DNA of 63,029 bases, filler included, from Choristocarpus tenellus KU-1152 (GCA_964200185.2; 10 parts of 10 records of this genome joined end to end with filler, not necessarily neighbours in it); one strand, 5' to 3'. Shown: positions 36,611 through 50,360, counted from the whole stretch's first letter. A program made the numbers and translations. The notes: generated by a model from the letters alone, not told the origin.

Positions 36611-37100
36611 AACCGACCATGAGGGGGAAAGGCTGCACAGCCCCAACCCCAGATTGAAGTGGTGTAAAGGGCAATTGTTAAAAGTAGGAAGTTTGATGTT
36701 CAACGTACTTGGAAGGCCGATATATGTTCGATTTTGTTGTTTCCTCTATCCAACTCGAATCGATACGCTCGTGCAGGCACATCTTCTTCACTCCAAAGGC
36801 AACTTGCACCGGATAGAAATGGCACAGATGCCTTAGAAATCATTCCCATATGACTATTAATAAACATTAGGTGGTTGTATTCTGTCTCCAATCGTTTAGA
36901 GGAATTGTGGACTGACAGTGTTGCCTCACCACTGAGTGTCGGCGTTTTCGACATTTACTTGTGTTACTATGTACGTTTGGGTCAACAGGAACCAGCGACA
37001 TCGTCGGATCACCAGGAAGCCTCTACGCCCACCTGCTCACATCAAGGGTATACCGACCCTCGAGGATGAGGCTCATGAGTACCGGTAAAGGGTTTTAACA

Positions 37101-37324
37101 CCTCGAGTGAGGGAAGTAATGTAGAGGGAGGAAGGCAAAGGGAATATTGAAGTTGGAACTAGAAAAAGCCTTTTGATGTGATATACCGGAGCTCGATCTT
37201 AACAACGCGACTCCTCGAGTGAGGGAAGTAATGTAGAGGGAGGAAGGCAAAGGGAATATTGAAGTTGGAACTAGAAAAAGCCTTTTGATGTGATATACCG
37301 GAGCTCGATCTTAACAACGCGACT
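37101..37324. repeat. Perfect 112-bp tandem duplication
   Basis: 37101-37212 is identical to 37213-37324. Confidence 0.95.
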
Positions 37325-38371
37325 CGACATTTCATCATCCATTGTCCTCTTCCCGTTCTTATCTGAAGTGTTTATTCGACTTCAGAGCATTGCAGACCTT
37401 AGGTATAGAAAAATCACGCAGTATATGAGTGTTATCTATTTCGGTTACTATCGAAATGGAACCGAGAGCCCGTATCTTTTCACCTGTCTGCACTTGAAGT
37501 AGAAATCACGGTCCCCCATCCCCCCAGCTTGCAGGAACACGAGGCCGTGCGACAGGAAAAAGAGCAACATGAAATACACATTCGACAGGTGGAAATTGAG
37601 GGCCTTATCAACTTGTATGTGGTGAGGAACAGAACAAACTATGCCTTTCCTTCATCGGCAATGCTTACCTAAATTATTCGTTTTGTTGCAGATAAACATC
37701 TCTTCAGTGTGAACCCGGTTAGAAGCCAACAACATGTTGTACCTGTGGCATGTCCCCTGGCAATACCTGTATTTGAACAATTTTCTAATTCTAATGCATT
37801 GAGAGTCCAATTGTCAAATTTAGGCCACGACACCCTATGAGCTAGGGCTAATAAGTCATATTTTCATGCTTCTCCACTCTATGATTTGAGAGATACTCTG
37901 AGAAAAAAGGAAGCAAAAGAGAATTCTTGTGACACCTGTAAGTCAGATTGATACCTTTTGAAGGCTAGATTTGATGGTATTGCTCTGCTGAGTCCAACTC
38001 AATATACAACCTAGTGTAGTTATGGTGAGAGCCCAAATACATTCCCCTTGGCCATGTGGTCCCCACTTTATGTGTAGACATGCTTGTTTCTAGCACCTCT
38101 AGCCTCACCTCTAATTTTACCAATGGCAATGACTTGAGCAATACCTTTGCCTACTCCTTCCTCTCAATCGTTTGTTAATACATCAGAATTCATTGTAGAT
38201 CTTGGTGATCCAAAGAATAATGCAAATTTGAGATTTGGAATATATAGCATAAAGGAGTGAGACTGGATTATCAGTGAAGCAGGTTTTAACGGGTAAACTA
38301 TTAAAGGGATTGATGATGAAAACACTATTAATGATGCCAATAGGTTCAATGCTAGCTTGGACTAAGGAATA

Positions 38372-38648
38372 GAGTAAAAGTATCTTAGAGGGTACGAGTT
38401 TTGCCCTGTTTGTCCATTTGGGGCCTGACTTCCCACGGGTTCTTAAAAACTTTTTCCTACTCCAGAATGTTCCTGAGTTGGTAAAATGTATACATTTTGA
38501 AGATGGTTTCATGTATAAAACTATGAAGAGGTGTGTCTAGAACATTGACACTTCCTCACAAACACGATAGACAAAATTACGTCAAAATCGCAACATTGGA
38601 TTTTGGCCCCAAATGGACGTGGCCATACCCTTTAAGATGCTTTTGCTC
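38372..38648 (+). mobile_element. MITE family A with a small internal insertion
   Basis: Both TIRs present. The flanks share only ATA. Confidence 0.88.
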
Positions 38649-39999
38649 ATATCAAGATATACGGGCTGGCCTGTATTTTGGAGATATAATTTACCACAAG
38701 AATGAAATGATTATACAAATATAGCTGGCACTCATGGGCACAATGAATCTATCGCCAAGAATCCTTGATAACTTGGTGTGATATGTGTCATGACTTCCCC
38801 CATTAACTATGCCTACACTTAGTTTCATTTGCTCCTCTTTCTCAAGAGGTTCTAGAGTTGGAAAGCCTATGCCGAAGTCATAATGCACTCAATAGTCCAA
38901 TAACTCTGGGAAAATGGCTCCTCTCTATCTAAAGAGCCTCCTGCACATTGTCCAGACAACATCTGAGCTATTTTTTCCAAGTGTTGGTGCAACCTCTCCC
39001 TCATGGCCAAAACATGGGAGTAGCTGTTCCAGCACTTATTTCATTTTGGCAGGCAGGCCTTGTCATTTCTGTAAGTTCTCCATTGACGATCGCACTCGTG
39101 GTCCTAAGAGCAGCCTACCAATGCAGCGACGCCTTGCCCTAAAAACTGAAGCTTTTTGCGAGCACCTGACAAGCTCAAGGTAAACTCAGGTCCATCATCC
39201 ATTGAAGTGAAAGATACGAAACACAGTCGTTGAGAATCTTATGTCAGTATGGAGTAGAACACAACAAACAAACAAGCGAACAAAAAAACTTGAGCTCGCA
39301 ACGTTTGCTTCATTCACTGTGTGCTTCATTTGTAGGATGAATGCATAGGGCATGGTTTAGATCGGGTGTTACCAGAGATACACGGTTACACAAGAGACGA
39401 TGGCCGTGTTAGATCACACCAGCTTGAAGGGGCACTTTCTTTTTTGTATTGGTAACAATACCTAGATCTATTCAGTCCCATTCGTCCTCTGGAAACAACA
39501 CTATGCAGCAACTTCCTACGAAGCACCTCTCCACAGTTTAATCCTGTTAAGTGTGGTCCTGTGTTAGATTACAGGTTGATCCCGAATCTCTTTTCTCTTT
39601 GCTGCTGGTGTTGTAGGGAAGGAAGGCGATGGGCACGATTTCTGGAAAAAGAGAGAAAAAAAATAGCTTAAACAGGGACCCAAAGAGTGCCGTACTTCCG
39701 CCAACACAAAACCGCTTTCACTATTGTTGTGTTTCACTATTGCTGTGGTTCACTATTGTTGTGGTTCCAGCTTTTTTTAGCCTCGCCGTAGACCTTGACC
39801 AGAAACGGTTTGCCTTCTTGTCTCTCACGTGTTCAACCTTTTTTCTCTCTTTTTTTTTACCGTTGGGACTCTTGAGAGCACACGCAACACTCCCAATTTA
39901 GATACCATCAGCAATGATCCAGGCGATGAAGCAACATTGAGCTATGCTTCGTTTTGCTCCCGTATTTGGTTGGCATTCGATACTTAGGGTTAGGATTAG

Positions 40000-40229
40000 G
40001 AGTGAAAGTATCTTAGAGGGTACGAATTTTTCCCTGTTTGTCCATTTGGGGCTTGGCTTCCGACGGGTTTTAATGACATTCTACCAACTCCAAAATGTTT
40101 CGGAGTAGTTAAAATGTATCCATTATGAAAAGGTGTGTCCGGAACAAGGATATTGACATCTCGTAACAAACACGACAGCCAAAATTACATCAAAATTGCA
40201 ACATTAGATTTTGACCCCCAAATGGACGC
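40000..40229 (+). mobile_element. MITE family A truncated by contig end
   Basis: Left TIR and body intact. Confidence 0.9.
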
Positions 40230-40329
40230 NNNNNNNNNNNNNNNNNNNNNNNNNNNNNNNNNNNNNNNNNNNNTTAATTAATTAANNNNNNNNNNNNNNN
40301 NNNNNNNNNNNNNNNNNNNNNNNNNNNNN
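40230..40329. other. Artificial contig linker
   Basis: N44-TTAATTAATTAA-N44. The next contig begins in a MITE-B end (to 40383). Confidence 0.98.
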
Positions 40330-41475
40330 TCGAAAAAAGGGTGAAAAACGGACGCCGGCACCCCCCCCCAGATACTTTGACCCTTTTGCCAATTTCAGCA
40401 ACGACACAATCACTACGTGCAAAAACCATGTGTCTTGTCGTTTGAGCCCATTTGAGCTTGTTGAACAAGAGCTCTATTCCTGATGTGACCATTCATTATT
40501 TCCAAAATAGAACAACAGCATAAGAGTGCAAAAGCGGATTTTCCAGGTTATGTCTTGTGAGATGTTAAAGCTATATATCGTGCTTATGGAGCATATTTTC
40601 CAAAGTTATGCATGGACTGAAGTGTGTGGAAACCAACACACATCTCTGATTTTGTGTTTTGGGGGGGTTGGTGGAGTACCTACACTGAAGATGCATCTCC
40701 AATGTTGAAGATGTATGCCTACTTTTCATGCAACGTTCTGGGTCAGGTACATTCTTTCTTGTTCAAGCACCCCAGCTTCTTGGTTAGCAGACCTTCCATC
40801 CAACACCTACATTGCGTCAAGCATGCTGAAGGTTTCCAAGACGAAAACCATCTTGTCACCTGCATCGAACTGTCTCCCATAGCTCGAGTGCTGCATTCCA
40901 CTCTACCGCCTCCCTCTATGGTTGCGAAAGGAAGGAGCCCCAACGCCCCATACTCGGACTGCTCGGTTTGCACGACGCAAGATATGCCCCTTGAACGTTT
41001 CCTCTCCTTCCTGGTCAAGTAACTCCGAAGCAGGATGCCATCTGGTGGAGCCGCAGGTGATGAAATTTTGAGGGCGACCTTCTCTCAGGGAGGGGACACG
41101 TGTGTCTACTCACAGACACAAATAAATCAACCCCAGTGTACAGTTTGAACAATAGCAAGACTTCTCTGAGTATAGCACAACAGCCGAGTTCTCGTCCTCC
41201 CTTTCCTGAGTGATGCAGTGCATGTATTTGATACCTTCGAAAAAGGGGACGTGCAAATTGTGTTGCCCTCGCCTTCGACATACAGTCGACCTTGCCAGGT
41301 GGTACGTGCATAATCACCTGCTCTCTAATACGGTAGGCAAGTGGTATAATGACTCCCAATTCTCTGTACCCCACCCTATCCTTATTATTTCACACCTGGC
41401 AAAGCACTGTAAAAAAGACGAGTGCGGTATTAGTGTAGGAGCGTGTTTGCTGTGAAAACCGAAGAAGTCTAAAGT

Positions 41476-41733
41476 GAGTGAAAGTATCTTAGAGGGTACG
41501 ATTATTGACCTGCTTGTCCGTTTGGGACTTGACTTCCCACAGTTTTTTTATGACCTTTTACCTACTCTGAAACGTTTAAGAGTAGGTTAAACGTACACGT
41601 TATGAAAAGGTGTGTCCGAACAAGGATATTGATACTTCCTGACAACCACAATAGCCAAACTTACATCAAAATCGCAACATTGGATTTTGGCACCCAAATG
41701 GACGCGGCTCTACCCTGTAAGATACTTTGACTC
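41476..41733 (+). mobile_element. MITE family A, TSD AAGT
   Basis: AAGT|GAGTGAAAGTATCTTAG ... AAGATACTTTGACTC|AAGT. Confidence 0.93.
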
Positions 41734-41996
41734 AAGTGTCCAACTTTCGATTTCTTCCTGAGAGTGTGAGATTTCCTGGAAAAGGGAAGGAATACTCTTT
41801 CAATGGGAGGATTTCAAAATCCTGGAATATGCCCCATATATATTTTTTTCTTAAATATGCGTTTTTCTTAGCAAGAGGAGGAGGTACTCAGATCGAATCA
41901 ATGGCCACACGAAAAGTAGCCGATGTTCTAGTTGAAACCATGAATCACATTTACGAAGGGGAATCGTTTGAGATTCATAACCAGTTGAAACCTTGA

Positions 41997-42179
41997 GGCT
42001 CAAAGTATCTGGGGGGGGGTGGCGGCTGTCCATTTGGGGCCAATTTTTTTACGTCGTGATTATTGGGTGATTTGGTTGCATACCTCGGATGGATAATGAA
42101 AGTGTGCTTTTCCTGGTTATGTCCCAAATGGACACCCTGGTACAGACCCCCACCCCACCCCTCCCAGATACTTTGGGTC
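41997..42179 (+). mobile_element. MITE family B, TSD TGA
   Basis: TGA|GGCTCAAAGTATCTGGGG ... CCCAGATACTTTGGGTC|TGA. Confidence 0.9.
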
Positions 42180-42622
42180 TGAACTGAAGGAATATTTGGT
42201 TCTCAAGTAGTGCTCTGCGAAGAGGCTTGAAGAATTGTAAGTGAAGGGGGGACATAGGGCACCGAAGTATTGATGAATTTAGAGTAAGGGGTTTTGTGAT
42301 AATACTCTCCATAGAAGCAGGTTGGATACTGTGGTGAGATGTGGTATTCCTTAGTGCATTTTAAGTGTCCCAAAAAAATTGGCTCAGGAAGGACCCTCAC
42401 TTTCTAGGGGGGACTATCTTGCTTGTGATGTGGTGTGTACGGAGGATTGGTAGATGTTTATACTGACACCACAAATTTAAGCGAATCAGTAGCTCTGTCT
42501 TCATCTTACCAACAGTGTGTAATCAGGGTACAAAAAAATATAAATTTGTCAGCGTCAACGGAAACGTGTGACTTTGAATGAAACCAAAATTGGTATGAAA
42601 TGATGAAAATACACTATCATTC

Positions 42623-42775
42623 AGGGCTACACCAGGGTGTCCATTCGGGCCCTGACCAGGAAAAGTGCACTTATATTTTCCATCCAATGCATGCAACCAA
42701 ATCATTCAAAAGTCGCGAGAGGAAAAATGGGTCCCAAATAGACAGCGGGCACCCCCCCCCCAGATACTTTGAGCC
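42623..42775 (-). mobile_element. MITE family B, partial
   Basis: Body plus CCCAGATACTTTGAGCC end. Confidence 0.78.
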
Positions 42776-42810
42776 TATTTTAGGGAGGTGTCTTATCAAT
42801 GACAACACTT

Positions 42811-42907
42811 GATGTAATTTTGGCTATCGTGTGTGTTAGGAAGCGTCAATATCCTTGTTCCAGACACACCTTTTCATAACGTACACATTTTACCTACTCC
42901 GAAATGT
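42811..42907 (-). mobile_element. MITE family A internal fragment
   Basis: GATGTAATTTTGGCTATCGTG...ATCCTTGTTCCAGACACACCTTTTCATAAC...CCTACTCCGAAA. Confidence 0.75.
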
Positions 42908-43020
42908 CTTATTGCGTGTTTAGTGTATGGATTATCAAGGGGCGGGATGTTCGTAGATAATGCTGCTGGTACACTATTGATACCATCGGTTGAGTAGATT
43001 AGGAAATGCTGACACTACTG

Positions 43021-43120
43021 NNNNNNNNNNNNNNNNNNNNNNNNNNNNNNNNNNNNNNNNNNNNTTAATTAATTAANNNNNNNNNNNNNNNNNNNNNNNN
43101 NNNNNNNNNNNNNNNNNNNN
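43021..43120. other. Artificial contig linker
   Basis: N44-TTAATTAATTAA-N44. Confidence 0.98.
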
Positions 43121-43870
43121 AATGTAGGTTCACTTCTCCTAGTCAGGGCCCCAATGGACACCCTGGTGTAGCCCCCCTCCCTCCCCCCCAGATATTTTAA
43201 GCCATCTCATACAGCCATACACGGGCAGGCCATGCACCAACTATGAATCCTGCCATTTCTAAAGCCAATAAGTTCGGATTTCATATTGTCCCTTACGTTA
43301 CAACTACTCCTGGACACCAAAAAATATCAACTCCTATTATTCCATGGCCGTAGTGAAATATATTGTGTGTATGCACACAAGTCTGTTTTTTTTTTTTCAG
43401 ACATGGAACTCCACTGGTATGCAGCTGTGAAAGTGTGGTCCTTTACTACAAACAAGAATAATGCATGGTGGGATGTTGTTGATCATGGGTCCACAAACAT
43501 CTAGATATTTTCACCCTCAACTGAGTATGATAATTCAATTCTCGATTGAGAAAATACCATATTTTATTCGTATATTTGTTGCAATACTATCATCATGTTG
43601 CACACAGACATAACTTGACAGATAAGAAAGTATGTTAGCAGATAAGAAATATGTTTTTGTCGGAAGGAGAGAGCACACGAGGAAAGCATGACAAAAACTA
43701 TTTAAAAAGTAGACCAAGAGCAACAGGACACTTAAAAATAACGTTGCTGGCTCCATATATCCCTATTATTGGCATAATCATGCATGGGCTATTGCATAAT
43801 ATGCATCCATTACTAACCAACCCCCTTTCTGACTACCTAACACCCACACAAAGAATGCGAGGAGGCACGA

Positions 43871-44127
43871 GAGTGAAAGTATTTTAGAGGGTACGAGTTT
43901 TGCCCTGTTTATCCGTTTGGGGCTTGGCTTCCCACTTTTTTTTCAATGATGTTTAACCTACTCCGAAAAGTTTCGGAGTAGGTTAAATGTATACGTTACG
44001 GAAAGGTGTGTCTGGAACAAGCATATTAACACTTCCTAACAAACACGATAACAAAATTACATCAAAACCGCAACATTGGATTTTGACCCCAAACGGATGC
44101 GACTCTACCCTCTAAGATACTTGAATC
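43871..44127 (+). mobile_element. MITE family A, TSD ACGA
   Basis: ACGA|GAGTGAAAGTATT ... AAGATACTTGAATC|ACGA. Confidence 0.92.
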
Positions 44128-44852
44128 ACGATGTAGTAAATATACATATATACATAATACACATTTAGAATGATCAACTACTTAACCATTTGTGATACTG
44201 CTAGTAATGTACAAATATTGCTGCTTCTGCGATGTGTATATGTTGCACATTAAATATATGTACGGAGTATATGTTGTTATCCGTCTCTTCCAAGGACAGG
44301 TCTTGGCCGCCCCTCCTGCTTGCGTCTTACAGATCATCATCAGAGGAGAGAGGAACACATAAATAGCTGACATATTATATACAATGGTACACTATCAGAG
44401 TAAGGCAAGACTATCATACGCACGCACCTGCCTGCCTGCCTGCCTGCAGCTGCCCAGGGCGCTGCCTGCCCTTTGCAATTCCTTCGGTTTTCTCAGGACG
44501 ATTACTGTTTTTGATTCGGACAAGATCGGGCACATATTGATAAAAAAACCACCAAACCAACTACTACATTTGGACAAAATTAGGTCCACAGTAGCACATT
44601 GAGGAAAACAACCTCGGAACACGAAGACGACATTTTTTGCGACTTGGACAAGATCAGGTTACCTTGACAAAAAAGGTCACCAACCCCTTTTCCCCTCTTT
44701 GAACCGGATTAGTTCACCTTGAATGACTCCTAATCACGACTTTGGAATCATCTGTTCATGTCCAAATACCTTGCTTGGTTCACCTCACTTTGTCCATTCG
44801 CCATATTTATTTGGATAAATATTTAATAATATAATTATTTTTAAATAAGAAA

Positions 44853-45110
44853 GAGTCAAAGTATCTTAGAGGGTAGAGCCTCGTCCGTTTGGAGGTCAAA
44901 ATCCAATGTTGCGATTTTGATATAATTTTGGCTATTGGGTTTGTTAGGAAGTGTCAATGTCCTTGTTCCGGACATAACATTTCGTAGCATAAACATTTTA
45001 CCTACTCCAAAACGTTTCGGAGTAGGTAAAGTGTGATACAAACCCGTGGGGAGCCAAGCCCCAAACGGACAAACAGGGCAAAACTCGTACCCTCTAAGAT
45101 ACTTTCACTC
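44853..45110 (-). mobile_element. MITE family A, no TSD visible
   Basis: Both TIRs present. The flanks GAAA and CATT differ. Confidence 0.88.
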
Positions 45111-45900
45111 CATTGAACGCATGTTTGGAAGGGCAAGCCTCCCTGAAGCCACTCATTTGATCCCCAGCCTTAATTTTGAGGAACTTAGATGGCATTGGAT
45201 GTCTGTTTGAGGCGCAGGCTAATACTAATGCTGTCTCTACTTGAAGTATAGGCGCCCTGAAGGCCACAGAAGCCACTGACGGGTAGGCTAGTCCCCATGC
45301 TGCCTTTATTGGACACTTAGGAAAACCTCCTAGTTGTCTGTATATGACCTCCATATTTCATTGTCAGCTTAACTCACCCAGTTGGGATGATGCAGCAATC
45401 TTAGTGCTCAAGGATGCATGCAGATGACAATGCCTCAGGACAGTCAAGACTTTGTATCACTGGATCTCTGACTTCGACTGTTGATTGAAGTATTTGATTT
45501 GTGGTATCCCCATTTGGTCAAGTACAAGTCTAGAGTCAGGCACAGAGTCCTCTCAGATTCCACACTAAAAGTTCATTAATACAAGACTCAGCGATTGAAT
45601 ACTGGGCTTTTACTGGTGTTAAAACTGGATGCATACTTACTAGAATACAGGTCCAGAACTTAGTTACTTGCAAAATGTAGCCTTCAATACCTCCCTGGTC
45701 ATGTCTCGAGGCTTAATGATGGGCCAGCTGCGTGCAAATCCACTGCATAAGAAAGTTCCAGCCTTTAAGCAGAGTAGGAGTGTAGTTCAACGGGGATAAG
45801 GTGATCTCTGGGGGGACGGAACGCGAACAGAAATCTGGGTCAAGACGTCTACACCGCCCCAAATATTCATGGTCCGGGCCTGGTTCCGCTCTAAACAATT
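45111..45900 (-). pseudogene. Probable decayed non-LTR (LINE) reverse transcriptase fragment
   Basis: In LINE order across frames: RAEPGPD (cf. KAPGPDG), KFWTCIL..., LGGFPKCPI, GFREACPSKHAFN (cf. GLRQGCPLSPxLFN). Many stops. Confidence 0.45.
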
Positions 45901-47496
45901 ATTGGCCCATAGTACCTCTCCTGGCCGCTTGATCTCAGACTGGAGTAATGGCTATTACGGACGAGAATCTAGCCCTGATGAAAACGCCCCTGTCTGTGAG
46001 AGGATTCCGGTTGGGTGAGTATCAAAACTTGAAAAAAAAGGGAAAACAGTGGTCAAAAATGCAGGGCGAATGGAACAATAAAGTCTGAGTAGAGAACCAA
46101 AGTGGGTTTGTGACCAAAGTGGGATTCACTCCGTTCGAATTCGGAAAGGACAGAACGCAAACAAAGCAACATGTGATTCAATGCATAGCCTTAAGGCCAT
46201 CCTTGCCAAAGAGAGTGGCGTTGAAGCCATGGACAAAAGCTCAGGCCTATATGGGTCAAAGCTGCTTGAGGTCTCAAGGGGTCGTTTAGGCCATGATACC
46301 ACTAGGTGTACATTTGATGAGTGGCGAGCCAAGCTCTCATTTGCAGCCAAATAAGGTTAGAAAAAAGGTACAGTAACCGTTAAGATTGAAGAGTGGCCAC
46401 AGACAGCTGCCACCAAAAATGGTAGAGATGACTCGGCAGTCACCAATATTGATGAAACAAAATCCACCGACATAAAGAATGCTCAAGATTACGCTGAGCA
46501 TTAGGGTGGTTCAATTTGATATGAGATCCCCACAGGGGCAACTACTCTATCTGCCAGAAGAGAAGGCACTAGATGCTTCGAGGTAGGCCGTCCATTTTTC
46601 AACCCAATTAACAGACTAAGGGTCTAGCTGGGATTATAGAGTGGACCCAATGCTCGAATGACCCGACTGAAGAAAGCAGTCATCTCAATATAACCAGATT
46701 TCTCACTTGGTCATTGCTTTATAGTTGGTCAAAAATAAAATCAGACTGATGAAAGGGGGATATATAGTCTGGTACCAACCAATTAACATAAAAAAAGTCA
46801 ACTACCCCGATACATAAATTCTAGGACTCCAAGTTCATTATTAATTATATTCATTATACTGTCATGTAAAACCATTTCCTCTAGCAGAGTCCAACTCATT
46901 TTGTCGACCGTTATTTCTCGACCACATACTTGATCTAGGACTGAGAACTTGTGCAAAAGTCAGTGGCCCAACTCATTTATCTAGAGTCCTATCTAGGAAA
47001 ACGTGCGCAGCACTGGTCCATGACATGTACAAAACGTGATAAATTACATATATGTTTCATTTGTTCGACATGCGGTTCTTTCCCCAGTAGTAGATTGTTT
47101 ATCCCCTTTGCCCCACCAAACAAGTATCAAGTTCCGTGTTTGGTGGTGAAGATATCTCTGTGTGTGCAATGTGCTTCAATGTTGTATATATATACTACTG
47201 TACTGTTACTACCCTACCTCCATCAAGTTGTAGTGCAAATGATATGTTGTGGCTGGACATGAGCGCATTACAATACTGGAATAGCCTTACATTGAATTAA
47301 AAAACCCCAAATCGGGGCGTTTCATCAGGCTGGCAAATTTAACGTGGTCCTGTCTGCCAATCGGACAGGTCCCACGTTATGCAACATGTGTCCTGGTCAA
47401 TGTCCACTCGGTATTGAATCGGTCCATGTCTACTGGCTGTCCAGCCCAAAGTATCTGGGAGGGGGGGGGGGGAAGAGAGGGGGAAGAAAAAGTAAA

Positions 47497-47596
47497 NNNN
47501 NNNNNNNNNNNNNNNNNNNNNNNNNNNNNNNNNNNNNNNNTTAATTAATTAANNNNNNNNNNNNNNNNNNNNNNNNNNNNNNNNNNNNNNNNNNNN
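47497..47596. other. Artificial contig linker
   Basis: N44-TTAATTAATTAA-N44. MITE-B ends lie close by on both sides. Confidence 0.98.
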
Positions 47597-48474
47597 CCCC
47601 CAGATGCTTTGACCCTTAGAGGGCATTCTAACATATTACCATAGGTATCGTCACACACCAAGGGCTAAGTACTAATGATATTGTCATTAATATTCACTAA
47701 AATAAGTAATCTCGAATCAACACTAATAGATAGACTGATACTTGAAGCTATCGTCGTACCGCCTACCTCCCCTTCTATCATACCTAAAATTGTATCATGA
47801 TACGTCTTATGTTACATCCCCCCTTTCCTTTTGTACACATATGTTCGTATATATATATATATATATTGGTACTTCGTTCTATGTATGGATAGTCATTTCA
47901 GAAAAATACGAGAAAAAAAAATGTGTTCAAAATGCTTCTATTGGACTTTTGAAGTAGCCGGGGAGCTTGCCATGCATGGGTGATGGGATTTAGGGTTGCA
48001 GCAATAACCCACACCCTACAAAGACACCAATTTATTGTTTTCCTTCGTGACCTGCGATCAGAGTCGTGTCAGTAGATAGCACGCACCAAAACAACCACAC
48101 ACCAAACCTAATAATCCTAACTCTATACGACATTATACATTTTATTTTGCATACTGAGAACTTGTAGAGTTTGTCGTGTTGGGAAAAAGAGAAAAATATA
48201 GAGTAAGGCAAACATCAAAACAGAAGACCAATAATGATCCATCAGATCCATCACCAAGAGTTGTATGATGATGATGCATTTGAAAAGAAGAAGAAAGAAG
48301 AACGGTACAAATAAAATAGCCAAAATTGAAACTGGTCGAAGACTAACACTATGAAGGCGGTCGAAGAACAAGCCTTTCAAGGGGAGGATTCCACTAGGCA
48401 GCCAATCCCCTCCTAGTACACTAACCCGGTGGTGTTCAAAGGCACGATACATCTGGAGACTGATTGCTATTTTA

Positions 48475-48733
48475 GAATCATACCAACTAAGAGGTGGGTG
48501 GGGTGGTATTTTTAGGATCCCGAGAAAGGGCAAAAAAACGCCAATATTATAGAACTGTAGAAAGAGTCTGTGCTGAATTGTGGTGTCAATTTGTGTGTGG
48601 AAAGGGATGACTTAATTTTTGCGCACAATATTGTGCACATGAAGAATGAAATAGAGCGTATTACACAGGGTAAGAAAAATGGTTTGGAATGCAAAAGGGA
48701 CCAAACCTGCCTACCTCTCAATTGATTTGGCTC
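48475..48733 (-). mobile_element. MITE family C
   Basis: Ends CCTACCTCTCAATTGATTTGGCTC. Body is the reverse complement of 17304-17550. Confidence 0.78.
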
Positions 48734-49139
48734 TAGAGCAATCTCAGATATAATTTTCACAGTCGAGCCTTCACTGCTCCCTTCCAACTAAGGCCCTCTT
48801 CCCCCCTATCGTCAAGAACGTGAGTCGACAGCCCATCCAGAAAATGCTCTCTGCGCGTGTGTTTAGGCGCCTCTAGCTTTCCACTTGTGGGACAAATCAT
48901 GATTCAACTAATCTTTTGTGGGTCACAAATCAGTTAGACAATAAATGTGTACAAACATTGTATGTGAAGGTTGAAGGAATGATAAAAATGTACAAATAAT
49001 CATGCAATCAGTACAACTCAATGTTGAGGAATGATATAGAAATAATCCTGATTTGTCGATAATACCATGTTGGTTAGCGTGTACACATGATTCGTAGGTA
49101 TCACTCACCATTTTATCAACATATATAAATGCCTTGTCC

Positions 49140-50360
49140 CTTTACATTATTGGGAGAAGATGATAGAGTGTTCCTGATCTGTCCCTGTCTCCTCTTGGTT
49201 TACACAAGTCTTACGTTGTGATTCAGTACGAAATAATGATCGCATACAGGGCTTACCTTGTGATTTATTTGGAAAGAATGATTGTGTACAACTGTTGTGT
49301 TGTAATTTCATTGGAGAAAAAAATGTGCTCAGACACTTGTTAGTTCATGTATAGTAATAGCAACACCTAGTGTGTACAGTACTACAATGCAAACAAATCT
49401 TAGTTTACTATTAATACTACATACTGTAATCCAGTGTTTCAGTACTTGGTCGCCTTTTGGTATTCTATGAGAGTATATATAATATCGTCGCCCTTTAAAA
49501 AAACTGGCATGTTGTAGGGTACTAAGTGACATGGCATCTTGAGTGTATCCTGTTCCCAAACTCAATACTTGTTGGGGTCCCTTAATATTTGTAGGCTGAA
49601 AACTGTACCTGTATATCTGTGGTCAGTCCTCTTATTTCGCGTATTGGTACCACTGTTCCTGTCTTCAAAAATATGTACAAGTATTTGCTGGTACTACTCA
49701 TCCTCTGCAAAACGTGTGCAAGTATTTGTCTTACCAGCCATCACCTGTCCATGAAAAATATACAACTATTTTATACTATTTCCTCGCCCACTCATTATGT
49801 AGGGCTAAGCTAGTTTAGAGGTATCGCAGGAGTGTTTACATAACATTTTAAATACCAACATTTGAGGGAGTGTTGTATTTCAGCTGGTATTCAAATAGAA
49901 AACGGTGTTTGAGAGGTATCTTTCACATTTACAACAACTGTTACTTTTCTGGGGGTCCTTGTGTGGCACTGTTTCTGGCTCTTTCCCTGACACATCTGCA
50001 AATTGTCAGAGAGCATATGGTGATATTAAACACTGTAGGTACCAATCTCCTATCTGCGAAAGATGTACAAACGATTCTCTAGTAGTGCAAATAAATTGAT
50101 TTGAATCCTTCAACAATGATTTGCCCTTGTGAGTCGAAGTTGTCATCAAATCACAGTGTATTGATTCGTCAGCATCTCGGCACGTTGTCGGAATATTTGT
50201 CCCACGCCACTCTCAGAAATACGGATGGTTGGAAATGATCGGGATCGACAAATAGGCAGGAGTTAACCCAAAAATCTTCGTTTTGTGAGGATGTGTGCCC
50301 CAACGTGCAGAACTCAGATTTATGACAGGATTTGTCATTGTTTTGTCAGAAATTGATTGT
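49140..50360. repeat. Degenerate AT-rich dispersed repeat, copy 2
   Basis: Collinear with 90-1540, without the MITE-C insertion. Confidence 0.75.

Noticed and set aside
37780-38350. Possible second Copia RT remnant
   Set aside because: No intact YVDD-type motif; similarity too weak.
39984-39999. Telomere-like TTAGGG units (also CCCTAA near 6840)
   Set aside because: Only two or three imperfect units.
40743-41374. Adjacent minus-strand ORFs as a gene
   Set aside because: No recognisable family or splice structure.
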